The notes beneath the pieces are model-generated. The model ran no database searches. It saw nothing but the letters and a program-made list of their open reading frames with translations, and had not been told where the DNA came from. From an uncultured virus (IMG/VR IMGVR_UViG_3300037047_000119) (taxonomy: Duplodnaviria; Heunggongvirae; Uroviricota; Caudoviricetes), in the IMG/VR virus record IMGVR_UViG_3300037047_000119: a DNA stretch of 55,295 nucleotides; one strand, 5' to 3'. Positions 18,509 through 27,877 of the stretch are shown here, piece by piece. Position 1 is the stretch's first letter; every line of letters starts with the position of its first letter. Made by a program: the position numbers and the translations under genes.

Positions 18509-18874
18509 ATGTCACTTGGGGATATGGTTACGGCGGATCTACTGGACTCCACTGCCAAAAGCGACCGTAGGTGGAGAGCCCGGGAAGACCTCTGGCATTT
18601 TGGTGGGCGCCGGGGCTACACCCTAAACGAGATGTGCCACGACCTGCGTTCACACGTGAACGGTTCTTGGGACCCCCCATGGCCCCAGGAAAAAGTCGAG
18701 ATGGCCATCAGCATTCTGAAAAGGACACTGGATTCCTGGTATGAGATGGATCCTGCACCAGGAAGCCGAGTCGCAGGACTGAATCATCAGTATGACAAAA
18801 TCATCCATGCCATGTGCCGTACCACTATGCAAATTGCCCAGTGGTATCTGGCAGACAGGGAGGGCAACTGGTGA
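18509..18874 (+). CDS. Hypothetical protein, 121 aa
   Basis: Operon arrangement; GTGA overlap downstream. Confidence 0.65.
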   Translation: MSLGDMVTADLLDSTAKSDRRWRAREDLWHFGGRRGYTLNEMCHDLRSHVNGSWDPPWPQEKVEMAISILKRTLDSWYEMDPAPGSRVAGLNHQYDKIIHAMCRTTMQIAQWYLADREGNW

Positions 18875-19359
18875 GCCCAGAAGACGCTGCAATCCTGACA
18901 AGTCTCGTGAGGCATCCGGATTGGCTATGGCCCATCGAGATGTGGTCAAATCCAATGAGCTATCCGCTCTACTCCCCGAGTTTGAATTGCCACTTTGATC
19001 AAGTCAATAGCTGGAGAGCCATCAATCACCGCCCACTACCTGAGGATCTCATCCCGGACCCACTCGTTGCGTACGGCACCCATCCCAACTGGCCAAACAG
19101 ATGGGGTGCTCATCTGAGATGGCTCCTGGCACAGAGGGGCAGGACTGACCCACCGACTGAGATCCGAGAGATGGTGCGCCTCCTAGTCTACCTGCCCCCC
19201 ACGGGGGAACCAAGGGAGACCGAAAACCCGCCAGAGGAAGATTCCGAGTTCGGGCTCCGATTGGAGCAGGCGAAAAGGCACCTTGAAAGCTACTCCTCGC
19301 TGAACCGGGAACGTTTCGAGTACTTCACCCAGCGAAAACTAATGCGAGAGGACGAGTGA
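18871..19359 (+). CDS. Hypothetical protein, 162 aa
   Basis: GGAGGG RBS; GTG start overlapping upstream TGA. Confidence 0.65.
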   Translation: MSPEDAAILTSLVRHPDWLWPIEMWSNPMSYPLYSPSLNCHFDQVNSWRAINHRPLPEDLIPDPLVAYGTHPNWPNRWGAHLRWLLAQRGRTDPPTEIREMVRLLVYLPPTGEPRETENPPEEDSEFGLRLEQAKRHLESYSSLNRERFEYFTQRKLMREDE

Positions 19360-19631
19360 TGCAGATCCAAGTGAATCAGATCTGGAGACGGGATTCCCCG
19401 GTTGAAAAACTACATCGTTGGGTACTCGGCGTCGGCATAGGTGTAGTCCTGTACGTCGACCTGCACACGGTGAAACCCGTAAAGCCCACCGTGGATGACG
19501 GTCCTCTCACAGAAAATTTCGCCATGTACCTGGATGCTCGAATGACGGACGGGGTGAAGTTTGTAGACGAGGAGACCTTCCGACTGTGGACGCAGCTTCC
19601 GTCAGTGTCCTTGATCGAAAATCAGAGTTAG
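19356..19631 (+). CDS. Hypothetical protein, about 90 aa
   Basis: GAGG RBS; overlap with upstream stop. Confidence 0.65.
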   Translation: MMQIQVNQIWRRDSPVEKLHRWVLGVGIGVVLYVDLHTVKPVKPTVDDGPLTENFAMYLDARMTDGVKFVDEETFRLWTQLPSVSLIENQS

Positions 19632-19933
19632 GCAATCGGCCAACGATCCGTGTACCGGCCCTTGAGTTCCTGGACAACTGTCTCGGGACTCTCAGCCAAC
19701 AACGACCGCACCTGAATGGTCGGAGTCTGCATCATCCCCATCCAAGAGTCCCCCACAGGCCAAACGAACAGAGCGACGTGCAAATCCCCCGCCTGCCCAG
19801 CAGGGAAAAAGTGCTCATCCCCCGCACGCTCCCGATGCTGTACCGGGATCCAATGTGCTCCAGGAGTCAACGGGCAGTGCTCATCCAAGAATTCAGCTAC
19901 CCCTACCGGAGTCAATGTCGTCTCAATGCTCAT
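19628..19933 (-). CDS. Hypothetical protein, 101 aa
   Basis: AGGAGG RBS before ATG 19933. Confidence 0.65.
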   Translation of the reverse strand: MSIETTLTPVGVAEFLDEHCPLTPGAHWIPVQHRERAGDEHFFPAGQAGDLHVALFVWPVGDSWMGMMQTPTIQVRSLLAESPETVVQELKGRYTDRWPIA

Positions 19934-19949
19934 GACCAATCCTCCTAGG

Positions 19950-20192
19950 TTAGAACCACGACAACAAGTCATGGGTACAAACGAAAAAACGATCCTTTGG
20001 CCTCATCAATGGACAACCTTCAGGCATATCTTCCCTCGCGGTGACCACCAGCGGGACGGGGTGAAACACCCAAACCCCTCCAGGTTGGGACGGAGGCGGC
20101 TCCGGACGCGGTCCTGGCGGCGCGGATACCCCCGGCAAAGAACTCACAACCAGAAGGGCACCTAGGCCCATCAGGAACGATCTGCGGTTCAT
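19950..20192 (-). CDS. Small Tat-signal protein, 80 aa
   Basis: GGAGGAGGT RBS; MNRRSFLMGLGALLVV. Confidence 0.7.
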   Translation of the reverse strand: MNRRSFLMGLGALLVVSSLPGVSAPPGPRPEPPPSQPGGVWVFHPVPLVVTAREDMPEGCPLMRPKDRFFVCTHDLLSWF

Positions 20193-20288
20193 CGCCACCT
20201 CCTCCCTGAACACTACCCGTTTCCCATCAAGAGCACCCCACCTCTCTGGTACTGTCCTTCGAGATGACCACCTTCAAAGGAGTGTACC

Positions 20289-21131
20289 ATGATCCTATCC
20301 TGCGCGGAGTTAGCTGAAAAAGGTCTCCAACCGATTGGCCCCGACGGACAAGCCATTGGTCTAGTGTTGTACGTCGACACGGACACCAAAACCTGTGTCT
20401 CGCAGGCACTGTTTCTACGGGACGCCTCCGAGGAGGACCAAAAACGGATCGCGGATCTTTTCCCCTCCCCTAATCCGGAAAAGGAAAAGGGGGACGAGTG
20501 GTACGACCGATACCAGAAAATGGTGCGTGCCTGGATCCAGGAACGGGGATCCCACGTCACAGTCATTCCATACCAAGAGCTAAAAGATGTCAAAACCACA
20601 GACGTGTACTATCCGTCCGGGGGTCATTTCCTTCATGCTCTGAGTCTGATTGAAAACCGCCAAGAGAAGTGGTTGAAAAGTGAACCAGGACCGATTCTGA
20701 TGATCACGGATCCCGTCACCCGGATCCGGCACTGTTTCCCGTACATCCTCGCGGGCTGCAAAAAAGCGATCTGGGGCGAGTGCCCCGAGTGCAAATGCCC
20801 CCCACCACCAGAGTCCAAAGAGGAGATCCTGAAAAGGCTAAACATGACGGAGGAAGACGCCGCATGGTGCCTATATGGCCAGAACGACGGGGCGTACAAC
20901 TTGGCCTCGTACCTGTCCCATCAAAGGTACCAGCAAGTTTCAGAGCATCGGATGTCGTACTATCCGATGGGTGGAACTGGGTTCCCTCAGGAGAAAAAGC
21001 GCACCCCCATCATCCGGGAATGCCCCTATTGTGAAAAACCGATCTTGGTGGAGAGTCGAGCCGTGTTTGGTTCAGACACGGAACTGAGCAAGGCGGAGGA
21101 AGAGAACTGGGATCTACCTGAGGCCCTCTAA
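20289..21131 (+). CDS. Hypothetical protein with CxxC motifs, 280 aa
   Basis: AAGGAG RBS; CPEC, CPYC. Confidence 0.75.
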   Translation: MILSCAELAEKGLQPIGPDGQAIGLVLYVDTDTKTCVSQALFLRDASEEDQKRIADLFPSPNPEKEKGDEWYDRYQKMVRAWIQERGSHVTVIPYQELKDVKTTDVYYPSGGHFLHALSLIENRQEKWLKSEPGPILMITDPVTRIRHCFPYILAGCKKAIWGECPECKCPPPPESKEEILKRLNMTEEDAAWCLYGQNDGAYNLASYLSHQRYQQVSEHRMSYYPMGGTGFPQEKKRTPIIRECPYCEKPILVESRAVFGSDTELSKAEEENWDLPEAL

Positions 21132-21539
21132 GAGAAACCGAATCGACTCCACCAGAACCTTCAAATCCCCGGCCATAACACTCTCACCCGCTCTGAAACT
21201 AGGAAGCAAACCCTGAAGTCGCGCAGCCTTCTCGGAATCCGGTAACGTTGAGTCCAGAACCTGCTGCAACAGAACTTCCCGCTCCTTCGACTGCTGTACC
21301 TGATCCTCATAAGGGCGGGGACGCGAAGCCGTGGGCAAAAGAACGGCAGGTTCTTTACCAGAAAGATCCACAAAGAAAGTCCGAGATCCCACACCGACCT
21401 CGTGACAGAACTGTTTGTACATGTCCAGAGCCCGACGGACGACTTCAGCCCGACTCGATGCCCCTACAACCTCAACAAGAGCATCCATCTGCTCCAGAGC
21501 CTCTGAGGTGAACTCGATCTGCATTCGGTGCTTAGACAT
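21114..21539 (-). CDS. Ribbon-helix-helix (CopG-like) DNA-binding protein
   Basis: RMQIEF...L..MD.L.....ASSRAEVVRRAL. Confidence 0.75.
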   Translation of the reverse strand: MSKHRMQIEFTSEALEQMDALVEVVGASSRAEVVRRALDMYKQFCHEVGVGSRTFFVDLSGKEPAVLLPTASRPRPYEDQVQQSKEREVLLQQVLDSTLPDSEKAARLQGLLPSFRAGESVMAGDLKVLVESIRFLLEGLR

Positions 21540-21654
21540 CTTTACCTCCGTGTGTAGGATCTACATAGATTCTACCCATCGGAGTGGGGTTCGAGACGAG
21601 GAGGACGAGAGAAACCCGTTTCCGAGTAGAGAGGATGAGCCGAAGGAGTAAAAG

Positions 21655-21852
21655 ATGGAAACCAAAGCGGGCGTGTGCCAGGACATCCAGAACATCGTCG
21701 AGGGACACGAGGAGTGGGCTGGCCGAGCCATCCTGAGATACACCCAGGGACTCAGTTCAACCCAACCCCAGATGCTGTACCTGATCTTCCTCCGGGATAT
21801 GCTGCAAACCGCGTATGCAGAGGAAGAAAAATCGGTAGAACGGGGTGGGTGA
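21655..21852 (+). CDS. Hypothetical protein, 65 aa
   Basis: AAGGAG RBS; GAGTAG at 21624. Confidence 0.65.
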   Translation: METKAGVCQDIQNIVEGHEEWAGRAILRYTQGLSSTQPQMLYLIFLRDMLQTAYAEEEKSVERGG

Positions 21853-22318
21853 CACTACAAAAGGGGGAACAGTACCGAGTGCAACGGTCAGACAAACATA
21901 CTTACTCATAAACAATCTTTCAGACTCTGAGTTAGCCTTTCTAGGGGGGTTATTTAAAGAGGTGGCACAGTCGGAGTGGCCTCCAGGAAACGTTCCTGTG
22001 ACACTCTTTGGATCTAGCCCAGAACCCGAGGAAAACTCCGCTGTTCTCGGCGGAGGAGCTAAGGTGGGAATTCATGTGGGTTTCAAACCCAACACTTGTG
22101 AACTCAAAAAAGCTTTTTCACAAAAACCTTCCGACCTGGAGACACTTTATTCAACACTTCCTTCCCTTGAGGCACAAGGATTTGCACTCCGCCCCTCTGG
22201 CGGATTTTGTTTTGATGATCTGGGGCATTTAACGGTAATCAACCGGAAAAAGGCAACTGAAGCGGGGCAACTAAGGTGGCCCCGCCCACTAGAACCTGAA
22301 ACTACGGATCATCCCTGA
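21845..22318 (+). CDS. Hypothetical protein (start uncertain)
   Basis: Overlaps upstream gene. Confidence 0.55.
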   Translation: MGDTTKGGTVPSATVRQTYLLINNLSDSELAFLGGLFKEVAQSEWPPGNVPVTLFGSSPEPEENSAVLGGGAKVGIHVGFKPNTCELKKAFSQKPSDLETLYSTLPSLEAQGFALRPSGGFCFDDLGHLTVINRKKATEAGQLRWPRPLEPETTDHP

Positions 22319-23748
22319 CCCACAAACATCAGGATCCTCTCCCGAGTCCCTTCCGGATCAGCCTTGACCTCGGACTCCCATAGGACGAGACAGTCGATGC
22401 CGATGTCCCGAAAAGCGTTGATCAGTTCCTGCTCATGGTCAAAGGGCGACTTTCCCGTTCGCATTCGGGAGTGCCAGAAATCCCCAAACGTTTCAACCAC
22501 CTTATGAACAGACCGGCGAGGGTGGTCTGGGTCCGAGCCCGGCACAATGAAATCTGGGTTTTTGAAGTGTCCCAGACTCGGAAGCCACCGCCAAAACTTG
22601 CCATCTCCGGTAAACATAAGCTCTGGAGCCATCTTAGCAACCTTTTGCTCCAGTCGATTGGGGCCTTTTCGTTTCATCCTTTGAAGATGGATGATTGCAT
22701 AGCCATGGATCTTCATAGGGTGAGATGGAATCCCATCCACTGGAATGGGTACCCCCGCCCTGAACAAACAGGATTTTGTGAACTGAGCGGTACCTATAAA
22801 ATGCTTGTAGCCATGTCGCTGAAGCATGGTTTTTTCGAGCTTGGCCAGAAAAGTGGAGCACCGAAGAGGGTGTGCAACACCGTACCTTGCCTGGAATGCG
22901 GCCTTAGCCTTGTCCCAATGCCCCACCATTGCCCCCGGAAACTCCACCCCATACCGTTCGAGCATGGTCTCGCGGATAGCCGCCTTGCCCTCCTCTGACG
23001 CGAAATAGTGCGCCCCCCAGTGTAACTCCATCGTCTCCAGTTGTTTCTTGCGAACCTCCGGATCCATCGCTGTCCAGGGAACCCCAAAACGTTCCATGTT
23101 CGTGGCCTGTTGTTTTACCAGCACCTCCGGACTACATGACGGTGCGGGACCACCATAGCGTTCCTCACAAGTTGCTCGAATACGTGCCCGAATCTCCGGT
23201 GCCGCAAGAGTCTCCTCCACCCCATACCGAGCTTTGTTCGTTGCCCTGGTTCGCTGACGCACCTCAGGTAACTGGGTTGGACCCACAACCCCAAGGGCCT
23301 CCCAGTGGACTCGAATTCTCTGTTTCACATCTGATCGAGAGAAAGGATTGTCCTCACCCCGCATGATCGGACGTTTTCCGTCAAGGGATTTCTGCACCCT
23401 GTCAAAGGTGGAGGATTCCCGGCTAAACACACTCCGAGCCCCATATCGCTCCAGATTCGTTTGGGCACATTTCTCCCTTACCGAGGGAGCCTGAGTCACA
23501 GTCTCCACCCCGTACTTCTGCAGACACGTTTTTCTCTTTCGGGACTCCCTTACAGTCTTCCCGTCACGAGTGTTCCAGATGGCACAATCTTTCCTGTGCC
23601 GTTTCATCTGTGTTAAACTGGTGGACTCGTGACCACAGAGACAGGGTAAAACCTTAGGGGAGGACTCAGGATGACATTTGGAAAGGTGCCTTGAATTGAC
23701 TCGATCTCCAGGAAACGCACGTCCACAAAACTGACATGTAACTGGCAT
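22309..23748 (-). CDS. Free-standing homing-type endonuclease: Zn fingers, about 10 E[RK]YG-type repeats, Vsr/DUF559-like domain
   Basis: AAGGAGG RBS before ATG 23748; LQKYGV, LERYGA, KARYGV, EERYGG, MERFGV...; NPDF...VVETFGDFWH...LVLWESE. Confidence 0.75.
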   Translation of the reverse strand: MPVTCQFCGRAFPGDRVNSRHLSKCHPESSPKVLPCLCGHESTSLTQMKRHRKDCAIWNTRDGKTVRESRKRKTCLQKYGVETVTQAPSVREKCAQTNLERYGARSVFSRESSTFDRVQKSLDGKRPIMRGEDNPFSRSDVKQRIRVHWEALGVVGPTQLPEVRQRTRATNKARYGVEETLAAPEIRARIRATCEERYGGPAPSCSPEVLVKQQATNMERFGVPWTAMDPEVRKKQLETMELHWGAHYFASEEGKAAIRETMLERYGVEFPGAMVGHWDKAKAAFQARYGVAHPLRCSTFLAKLEKTMLQRHGYKHFIGTAQFTKSCLFRAGVPIPVDGIPSHPMKIHGYAIIHLQRMKRKGPNRLEQKVAKMAPELMFTGDGKFWRWLPSLGHFKNPDFIVPGSDPDHPRRSVHKVVETFGDFWHSRMRTGKSPFDHEQELINAFRDIGIDCLVLWESEVKADPEGTRERILMFVGQG

Positions 23749-23771
23749 GTGTATCCTCCTTTTCGAGTGCA

Positions 23772-23799
23772 AGGATACACAAAAAGAGCCCTAAGTCAA
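23772..23799 (-). promoter_or_regulatory. sigma70-like promoter TTGACT-N16-TATCCT for the endonuclease gene
   Basis: Near-consensus -35 and -10, directly upstream of the RBS. Confidence 0.4.
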
Positions 23800-23816
23800 C
23801 AAGGTTACGGAAAACC

Positions 23817-24707
23817 TCACACGAAGTTACGAGGGGAAAGCACGCCACGACCTGTGAACGGTCCGAAGGCACTTCGTACCCCCATCCCGAATCTGGGCTG
23901 CTGCAATCCACGGATAAAATGTACAGTACGTGCCTTAGCTTCTGTTCCTTTGTCGAACATAGATTCGGCGTTCTGTTTGAGTGACTCGTACTTGCTTGAC
24001 TTCTCGATGGTGAGACTGACTCCTCCGATGGAGTAGTCGAACTCGTCTGCGACCCAGTTGATGGCTAGTGCGAAACATGCGTGGGCGATAGCGCCCCAGA
24101 GGATAGCTGTTCGCCATGTGGGCATGGTGTTGACCAGTTTGTCGACGGTGTCGATGGTGTTGGTCAGTGGGGGGAACATGTTGAACCAGTCGAGGGCACG
24201 CTCGACGTACTCCAGCAATTCCGCGTCTTCCCAGATTTGACCGAACACACGATTGTATCGTCCGATTGAACCTTCGTGCTCGGGTGGTCTGAAATGGTAG
24301 TGCTTATCTGGGCAGTTGTGGACAACAACGCCACTCTGATGCAACACTAGATTATGGTTATCCGCTACCGTCAAGTCGTACATGTACTGGCGGCTTGGGA
24401 GTTTTAGGGCCCCGATCATGCGGGTGTCGGCGGGATGCCGTTTGAGCCGTCGGCCCCTGTTTTGAGCCGTAACCTCGGCGTCCTCAGTTTCTTGGTTTCC
24501 AACATAAATCCTGTGACTGCCTGTTACGACTAATGTTTGACCTCCAACAGTAATTAACTGCCAGATGTTTTCCCATGGAACTTCGTTGCGATGCACATCC
24601 AATATGGGTTTCCACTCGAAAACACCCTCAGCGTTCATAGACCTAATTTGGAGTCGGCCTGCTTTGAAAGCTGTTTTTAGACGTTCACGCTGCTGATCAG
24701 AGAGCAT
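23817..24707 (-). CDS. C-terminal half of fractured neck/adaptor-type protein: IntC (131 aa) + C-extein (165 aa)
   Basis: AAGGAG RBS, ATG 24707; VTGSHRIY, MYDLTV, VVHN|C; extein FDYSIGGVSL resembles head-tail adaptors. Confidence 0.85.
   Translation of the reverse strand: MLSDQQRERLKTAFKAGRLQIRSMNAEGVFEWKPILDVHRNEVPWENIWQLITVGGQTLVVTGSHRIYVGNQETEDAEVTAQNRGRRLKRHPADTRMIGALKLPSRQYMYDLTVADNHNLVLHQSGVVVHNCPDKHYHFRPPEHEGSIGRYNRVFGQIWEDAELLEYVERALDWFNMFPPLTNTIDTVDKLVNTMPTWRTAILWGAIAHACFALAINWVADEFDYSIGGVSLTIEKSSKYESLKQNAESMFDKGTEAKARTVHFIRGLQQPRFGMGVRSAFGPFTGRGVLSPRNFV
24315..24707 (-). mobile_element. Split intein C-fragment (contains block B TxxH and blocks F, G)
   Basis: TGSH; YDLTV.DNHN; terminal His-Asn followed by Cys+1 at 24314-24312. 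Confidence 0.88.
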
Positions 24708-25605
24708 CTGCCAACTCCTTTTCTGTCCAAACTGCAAAACCCCAACCTTCTGTTTTAGCCACTTTCTCCGCTTCCGCCAGACGTAACCTGACGTGAGAGT
24801 CCAAGGGCTGAGAGAACACCCAACTAGCTTTGACTTCGACGAGGCAAAGATGCCCATCCGTATACTGGATCAAAAAATCGGGCAGAATCCATCGACCGTC
24901 AGCGCACTCAACTCTATGCTCATGTTCATAAATGAGAACAGTTGGGTCTGACTCCAATAGTCGGATAGCTGCCACCTCGTAAGAGGAGCGAGCCCACACC
25001 CGCAGTTTCGTACCTTTGGGAGTTTCAACCCATTGGCTTCTGCCTCTCAAGTAAGTGATCGGGTTTTCCATCATCCTTATGGTTTGTGCCCGGGATCGAC
25101 GAACCCGTTCCTCTAAACTGCGGTGGAAATCCAGGAGTCGTCCTCGGAATACCGTGTCCGCCCACAAAGCTAAACTATGTCGACTAGCATTAGACCTACG
25201 CTCAGGGTTCCATGCTGCCCGGAGTTTGGCTTTCTCTGCCTCGGCGCGCTTCCTCCCCCGGTGGAAATCAAAAACACCGTCCCGCCACTGTTTCTCAAGC
25301 TGACCGGGTCGTTTCTTACCCCTCCAAGAAGCTCCTACCTTGCGGCCAATCTCTTTTAACGTCTTCCTAGACTCGGGGTTCCACATTGCTTGGGTTAGTC
25401 TTTGGATGGCACCATTCGAAAGTCCTGTAACCCGAAACATCTCTTCCCATTGCATACCGGAGGAGTGGAGTTCCGTTACAATTGCGGATCTCTTCTCCCG
25501 AACACCAGCAGGGGGTCGACCCTTCTTTGAAAAAGTAACCCAGTCGATGTCGTATTTCTCCAACAGGGGGAGGAGTTGTGGGTGCGGATTACTACTGAAG
25601 TTCAT
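24697..25605 (-). CDS. Free-standing TnsA-like PD-(D/E)xK endonuclease between the split-intein halves
   Basis: ARSSYE; YEHE; ILPDFLIQY.DG..CLVEVKA; F.VWTE; N-terminal HTH and basic NUMOD-like segments. Confidence 0.8.
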   Translation of the reverse strand: MNFSSNPHPQLLPLLEKYDIDWVTFSKKGRPPAGVREKRSAIVTELHSSGMQWEEMFRVTGLSNGAIQRLTQAMWNPESRKTLKEIGRKVGASWRGKKRPGQLEKQWRDGVFDFHRGRKRAEAEKAKLRAAWNPERRSNASRHSLALWADTVFRGRLLDFHRSLEERVRRSRAQTIRMMENPITYLRGRSQWVETPKGTKLRVWARSSYEVAAIRLLESDPTVLIYEHEHRVECADGRWILPDFLIQYTDGHLCLVEVKASWVFSQPLDSHVRLRLAEAEKVAKTEGWGFAVWTEKELADAL

Positions 25606-26092
25606 CTTTCAAGGTCTCCCACAAGTCATCCATTCTTACCACCATTCGTTCCCCATCAACATCAAGCTCGACCGTCTCTTCCCCCCCAATACAATGGTCT
25701 CGAAGTAGCATCCTCAACTTGCTGATCATCTGCCACTGAGCGGGACCGTACGTTACTACGTTGATGGACTCTGGGGTAACGACCTGGAACTCCTGTACGA
25801 CCTGGGTTAGGGGCTGGGTGATATACTCCCGGAAATACCACCGGATCCGATAAGTGCCCAGGGTTGCGGACGGGGGGATCTGGAGGGCAGCGTAGTACTC
25901 TCCCATCTGTGGGTTGACGGGTGTCCGCTGGGCGGCTCCGATGAGGACCTCGACCTCGGGTGGGCCTGGGTCGACGTAAAACAGGGCAAAATAGATCTCG
26001 GCTGCGTTGGTGGGCTGCCCTTGGGAGTCCACCAGGAAGATGTCGAGATCTCCGCGCCCGAGGGTTTGACCAGGACTGTAGTTCACGGCCAT
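25592..26092 (-). CDS. N-terminal half of fractured neck/adaptor-type protein: N-extein (133 aa) + IntN (33 aa)
   Basis: Ig/BppU-like N-domain (GEYYA..IP..A..G.YRIRW); ends LRDH|CIGGEETVEL... Confidence 0.85.
   Translation of the reverse strand: MAVNYSPGQTLGRGDLDIFLVDSQGQPTNAAEIYFALFYVDPGPPEVEVLIGAAQRTPVNPQMGEYYAALQIPPSATLGTYRIRWYFREYITQPLTQVVQEFQVVTPESINVVTYGPAQWQMISKLRMLLRDHCIGGEETVELDVDGERMVVRMDDLWETLKDELQ
25595..25693 (-). mobile_element. Split intein N-fragment, 33 aa
   Basis: Block A CIGGEETV followed by V.MDDLW, then stop. Confidence 0.8.
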
Positions 26093-26104
26093 GACGAGAT
26101 CCCC

Positions 26105-26395
26105 TTAGTTGATCGCGTCGGTCTCTTGGATGACTACGACCGGATCTGGTTCCGCCGTCTCCTGGAGTACCGTACTGATCTCTGAGAGCAGAGAGAGAAG
26201 AAACTGTCGGTGAACTCGAAGTCGGGACACCACCGATGCCTCTTGCTCCTGTTCCGAGTAGACACAAAAGTCCAGGAGCAGTTCCTCCCCTGTGTCTTTG
26301 AGGACACGGAAAGCATTGGCGAAAGTACCGATCTTGAGCCGTGACGGCACGGTGATCGAAACTTCGATGTGGCCGTCATCTTTTTCGGTCATCAT
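26105..26395 (-). CDS. DUF3467-like protein
   Basis: GTFANAF.V....EELLLDF..VVSRLRV. Confidence 0.55.
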   Translation of the reverse strand: MMTEKDDGHIEVSITVPSRLKIGTFANAFRVLKDTGEELLLDFCVYSEQEQEASVVSRLRVHRQFLLSLLSEISTVLQETAEPDPVVVIQETDAIN

Positions 26396-26709
26396 GTGTT
26401 TTCCCCCTCAAACCACCGTACCAGTGTGTCGAGTATAAAAGTGGAACCCGCGCTCGCGAGTACCCAGACGAGAAAAGACCCGAGGCGTTGCTCCCATGTC
26501 ACAGGGAACTCACCCAGTAACAGCACGGACAGACCCCAACAGATGACGCCGCCTTGGCCCCCACAGCAGAACGAGCACTCCAGTAGTCGGTCGAGAAATT
26601 TGAACCGACCCCAAAGGAAATCGCATTTGTTCTGGAGGAAAAACGCGATGGCATAGGCAACCAGCAGCATTTGCCATGGGGGCAAAAACTGGAGGAGTGC
26701 CTCCGTCAT
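26392..26709 (-). CDS. Small membrane protein (DUF1360-like, possible holin)
   Basis: Three hydrophobic segments; LLECSFC. Confidence 0.55.
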   Translation of the reverse strand: MTEALLQFLPPWQMLLVAYAIAFFLQNKCDFLWGRFKFLDRLLECSFCCGGQGGVICWGLSVLLLGEFPVTWEQRLGSFLVWVLASAGSTFILDTLVRWFEGENT

Positions 26710-26957
26710 CTGTCGACCGAGTGGGTCAGAGACTTCATTGTGCGGATCTCATCCGCGTAACTGAGTGCAGGTACTTTCGCCGTTCTATTGTAATAGGCGT
26801 TCTTCAGATCTCGGAGCCCGTCTTGGGCGTCGAACACAAAATAGAGACGATCACCCTCTCGGGTGGTCTCCATGAAGGGTACGCCCGCCACCTTAAGGTA
26901 GGCTGCGTAGTAGAGATCTGATGTCCGATAGCGTCCATCTCGTGTCTGATCGACCAT
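26706..26957 (-). CDS. DUF5659-like protein
   Basis: TSDLYYAAYL..G......R..FVF. Confidence 0.6.
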   Translation of the reverse strand: MVDQTRDGRYRTSDLYYAAYLKVAGVPFMETTREGDRLYFVFDAQDGLRDLKNAYYNRTAKVPALSYADEIRTMKSLTHSVDR

Positions 26958-27011
26958 GAGAACCTCTCCATTGTTTCCGCCCCGGAAAGGGGGAGTTCCA
27001 CCTCAGGTGAG

Positions 27012-27025
27012 GTATAGACGGAACA
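27012..27025 (-). promoter_or_regulatory. Putative late promoter motif (TGTTCCGTCTATAC)
   Basis: Recurring 14-mer. Confidence 0.55.
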
Positions 27026-27074
27026 TTGAGAGGATACCGGAGTGAGGGCTGGATAGGATTACAGGAGGGCTAGC

Positions 27075-27863
27075 TTAGTTGACGACTACGTTGCCGCTGG
27101 CGTCGTACACAACCACCGCCCGACCCGTGGTCGTGGTCAGGTGTGTTGCGTCGATCCAGAGAGCGGAACCGGAAACGCCGTAGGTCTCTGCGGGGTTCTC
27201 CCACACGTAGGTGGCTGACGCCAGATGCGAAAGCTGACCCGCGAGGCGGGAGATACGCAGGGCGCCGGTGTCCACGAAAGCGCGCACATGCCGCCAATAA
27301 GAGGGATACGTGACAACGCCGTTGACGAGCGCCGGAGCTGCAAATGCTCCCGCTGTTCCAAGGAACGCATTCGCCCCGGCAGAAACCGGAGTCGTCGCTG
27401 CTACACGGAACACTTCGCCACCCAGGATACGGAGAATCTCCTCAACAGTGGCCGTCGAGTTGCCCGTGCCGGTGATGCCGGAGGTGGCAAGACCAGCCAC
27501 CGTCTGGATCGCGGTGTTGATACCCGCGGTTGTCAATGCCAAACCCTGCCGAACACGTGCCAAAATTGCCGTCGCAGCCGCGTTGGCATCTGCAGCAGCC
27601 GGGGCATGGTGGCCCCCCGTGATGTCGTCCACCCGGCAGACAAGGTATGCCGCAAGACCAACGTAGTCAGCGGTGGCATCCATAACACCACCGTCGTTGG
27701 TCAGCGCGACCGTATCATTCTGTGCGTGGTACGCCAGATAACCGGACTGGCCAATGGGATCATACACCCCATTCCTCTGCGACGTATTCGGCCAGAGGTC
27801 CGTTACCTGAAGGTTGTTTTCGTCAATGTCCCTACGAGCCAGTACAATGTATGCCCGTGCCAT
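27075..27863 (-). CDS. Virion structural protein, short paralog of 27878..29800
   Basis: Shared termini YI.LAR.D....QV.DL.PN.SQ and VYD..GNV; Ala/Gly/Thr-rich. Confidence 0.75.
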   Translation of the reverse strand: MARAYIVLARRDIDENNLQVTDLWPNTSQRNGVYDPIGQSGYLAYHAQNDTVALTNDGGVMDATADYVGLAAYLVCRVDDITGGHHAPAAADANAAATAILARVRQGLALTTAGINTAIQTVAGLATSGITGTGNSTATVEEILRILGGEVFRVAATTPVSAGANAFLGTAGAFAAPALVNGVVTYPSYWRHVRAFVDTGALRISRLAGQLSHLASATYVWENPAETYGVSGSALWIDATHLTTTTGRAVVVYDASGNVVVN

Positions 27864-27877
27864 GTGCGGACCTCCTG

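Noticed and set aside
24708..24857. ORF-track N-terminal extension of the IntC gene (similar extensions at 8978-9094, 13875-13934, 41554-41682)
   Set aside because: These overlap neighbouring genes or promoters; downstream ATGs have a better RBS or stop-start coupling
24697..25605. TnsA-like nuclease as evidence for a Tn7-type transposon
   Set aside because: No TnsB/TnsC or terminal repeats; its position between intein halves fits a homing endonuclease
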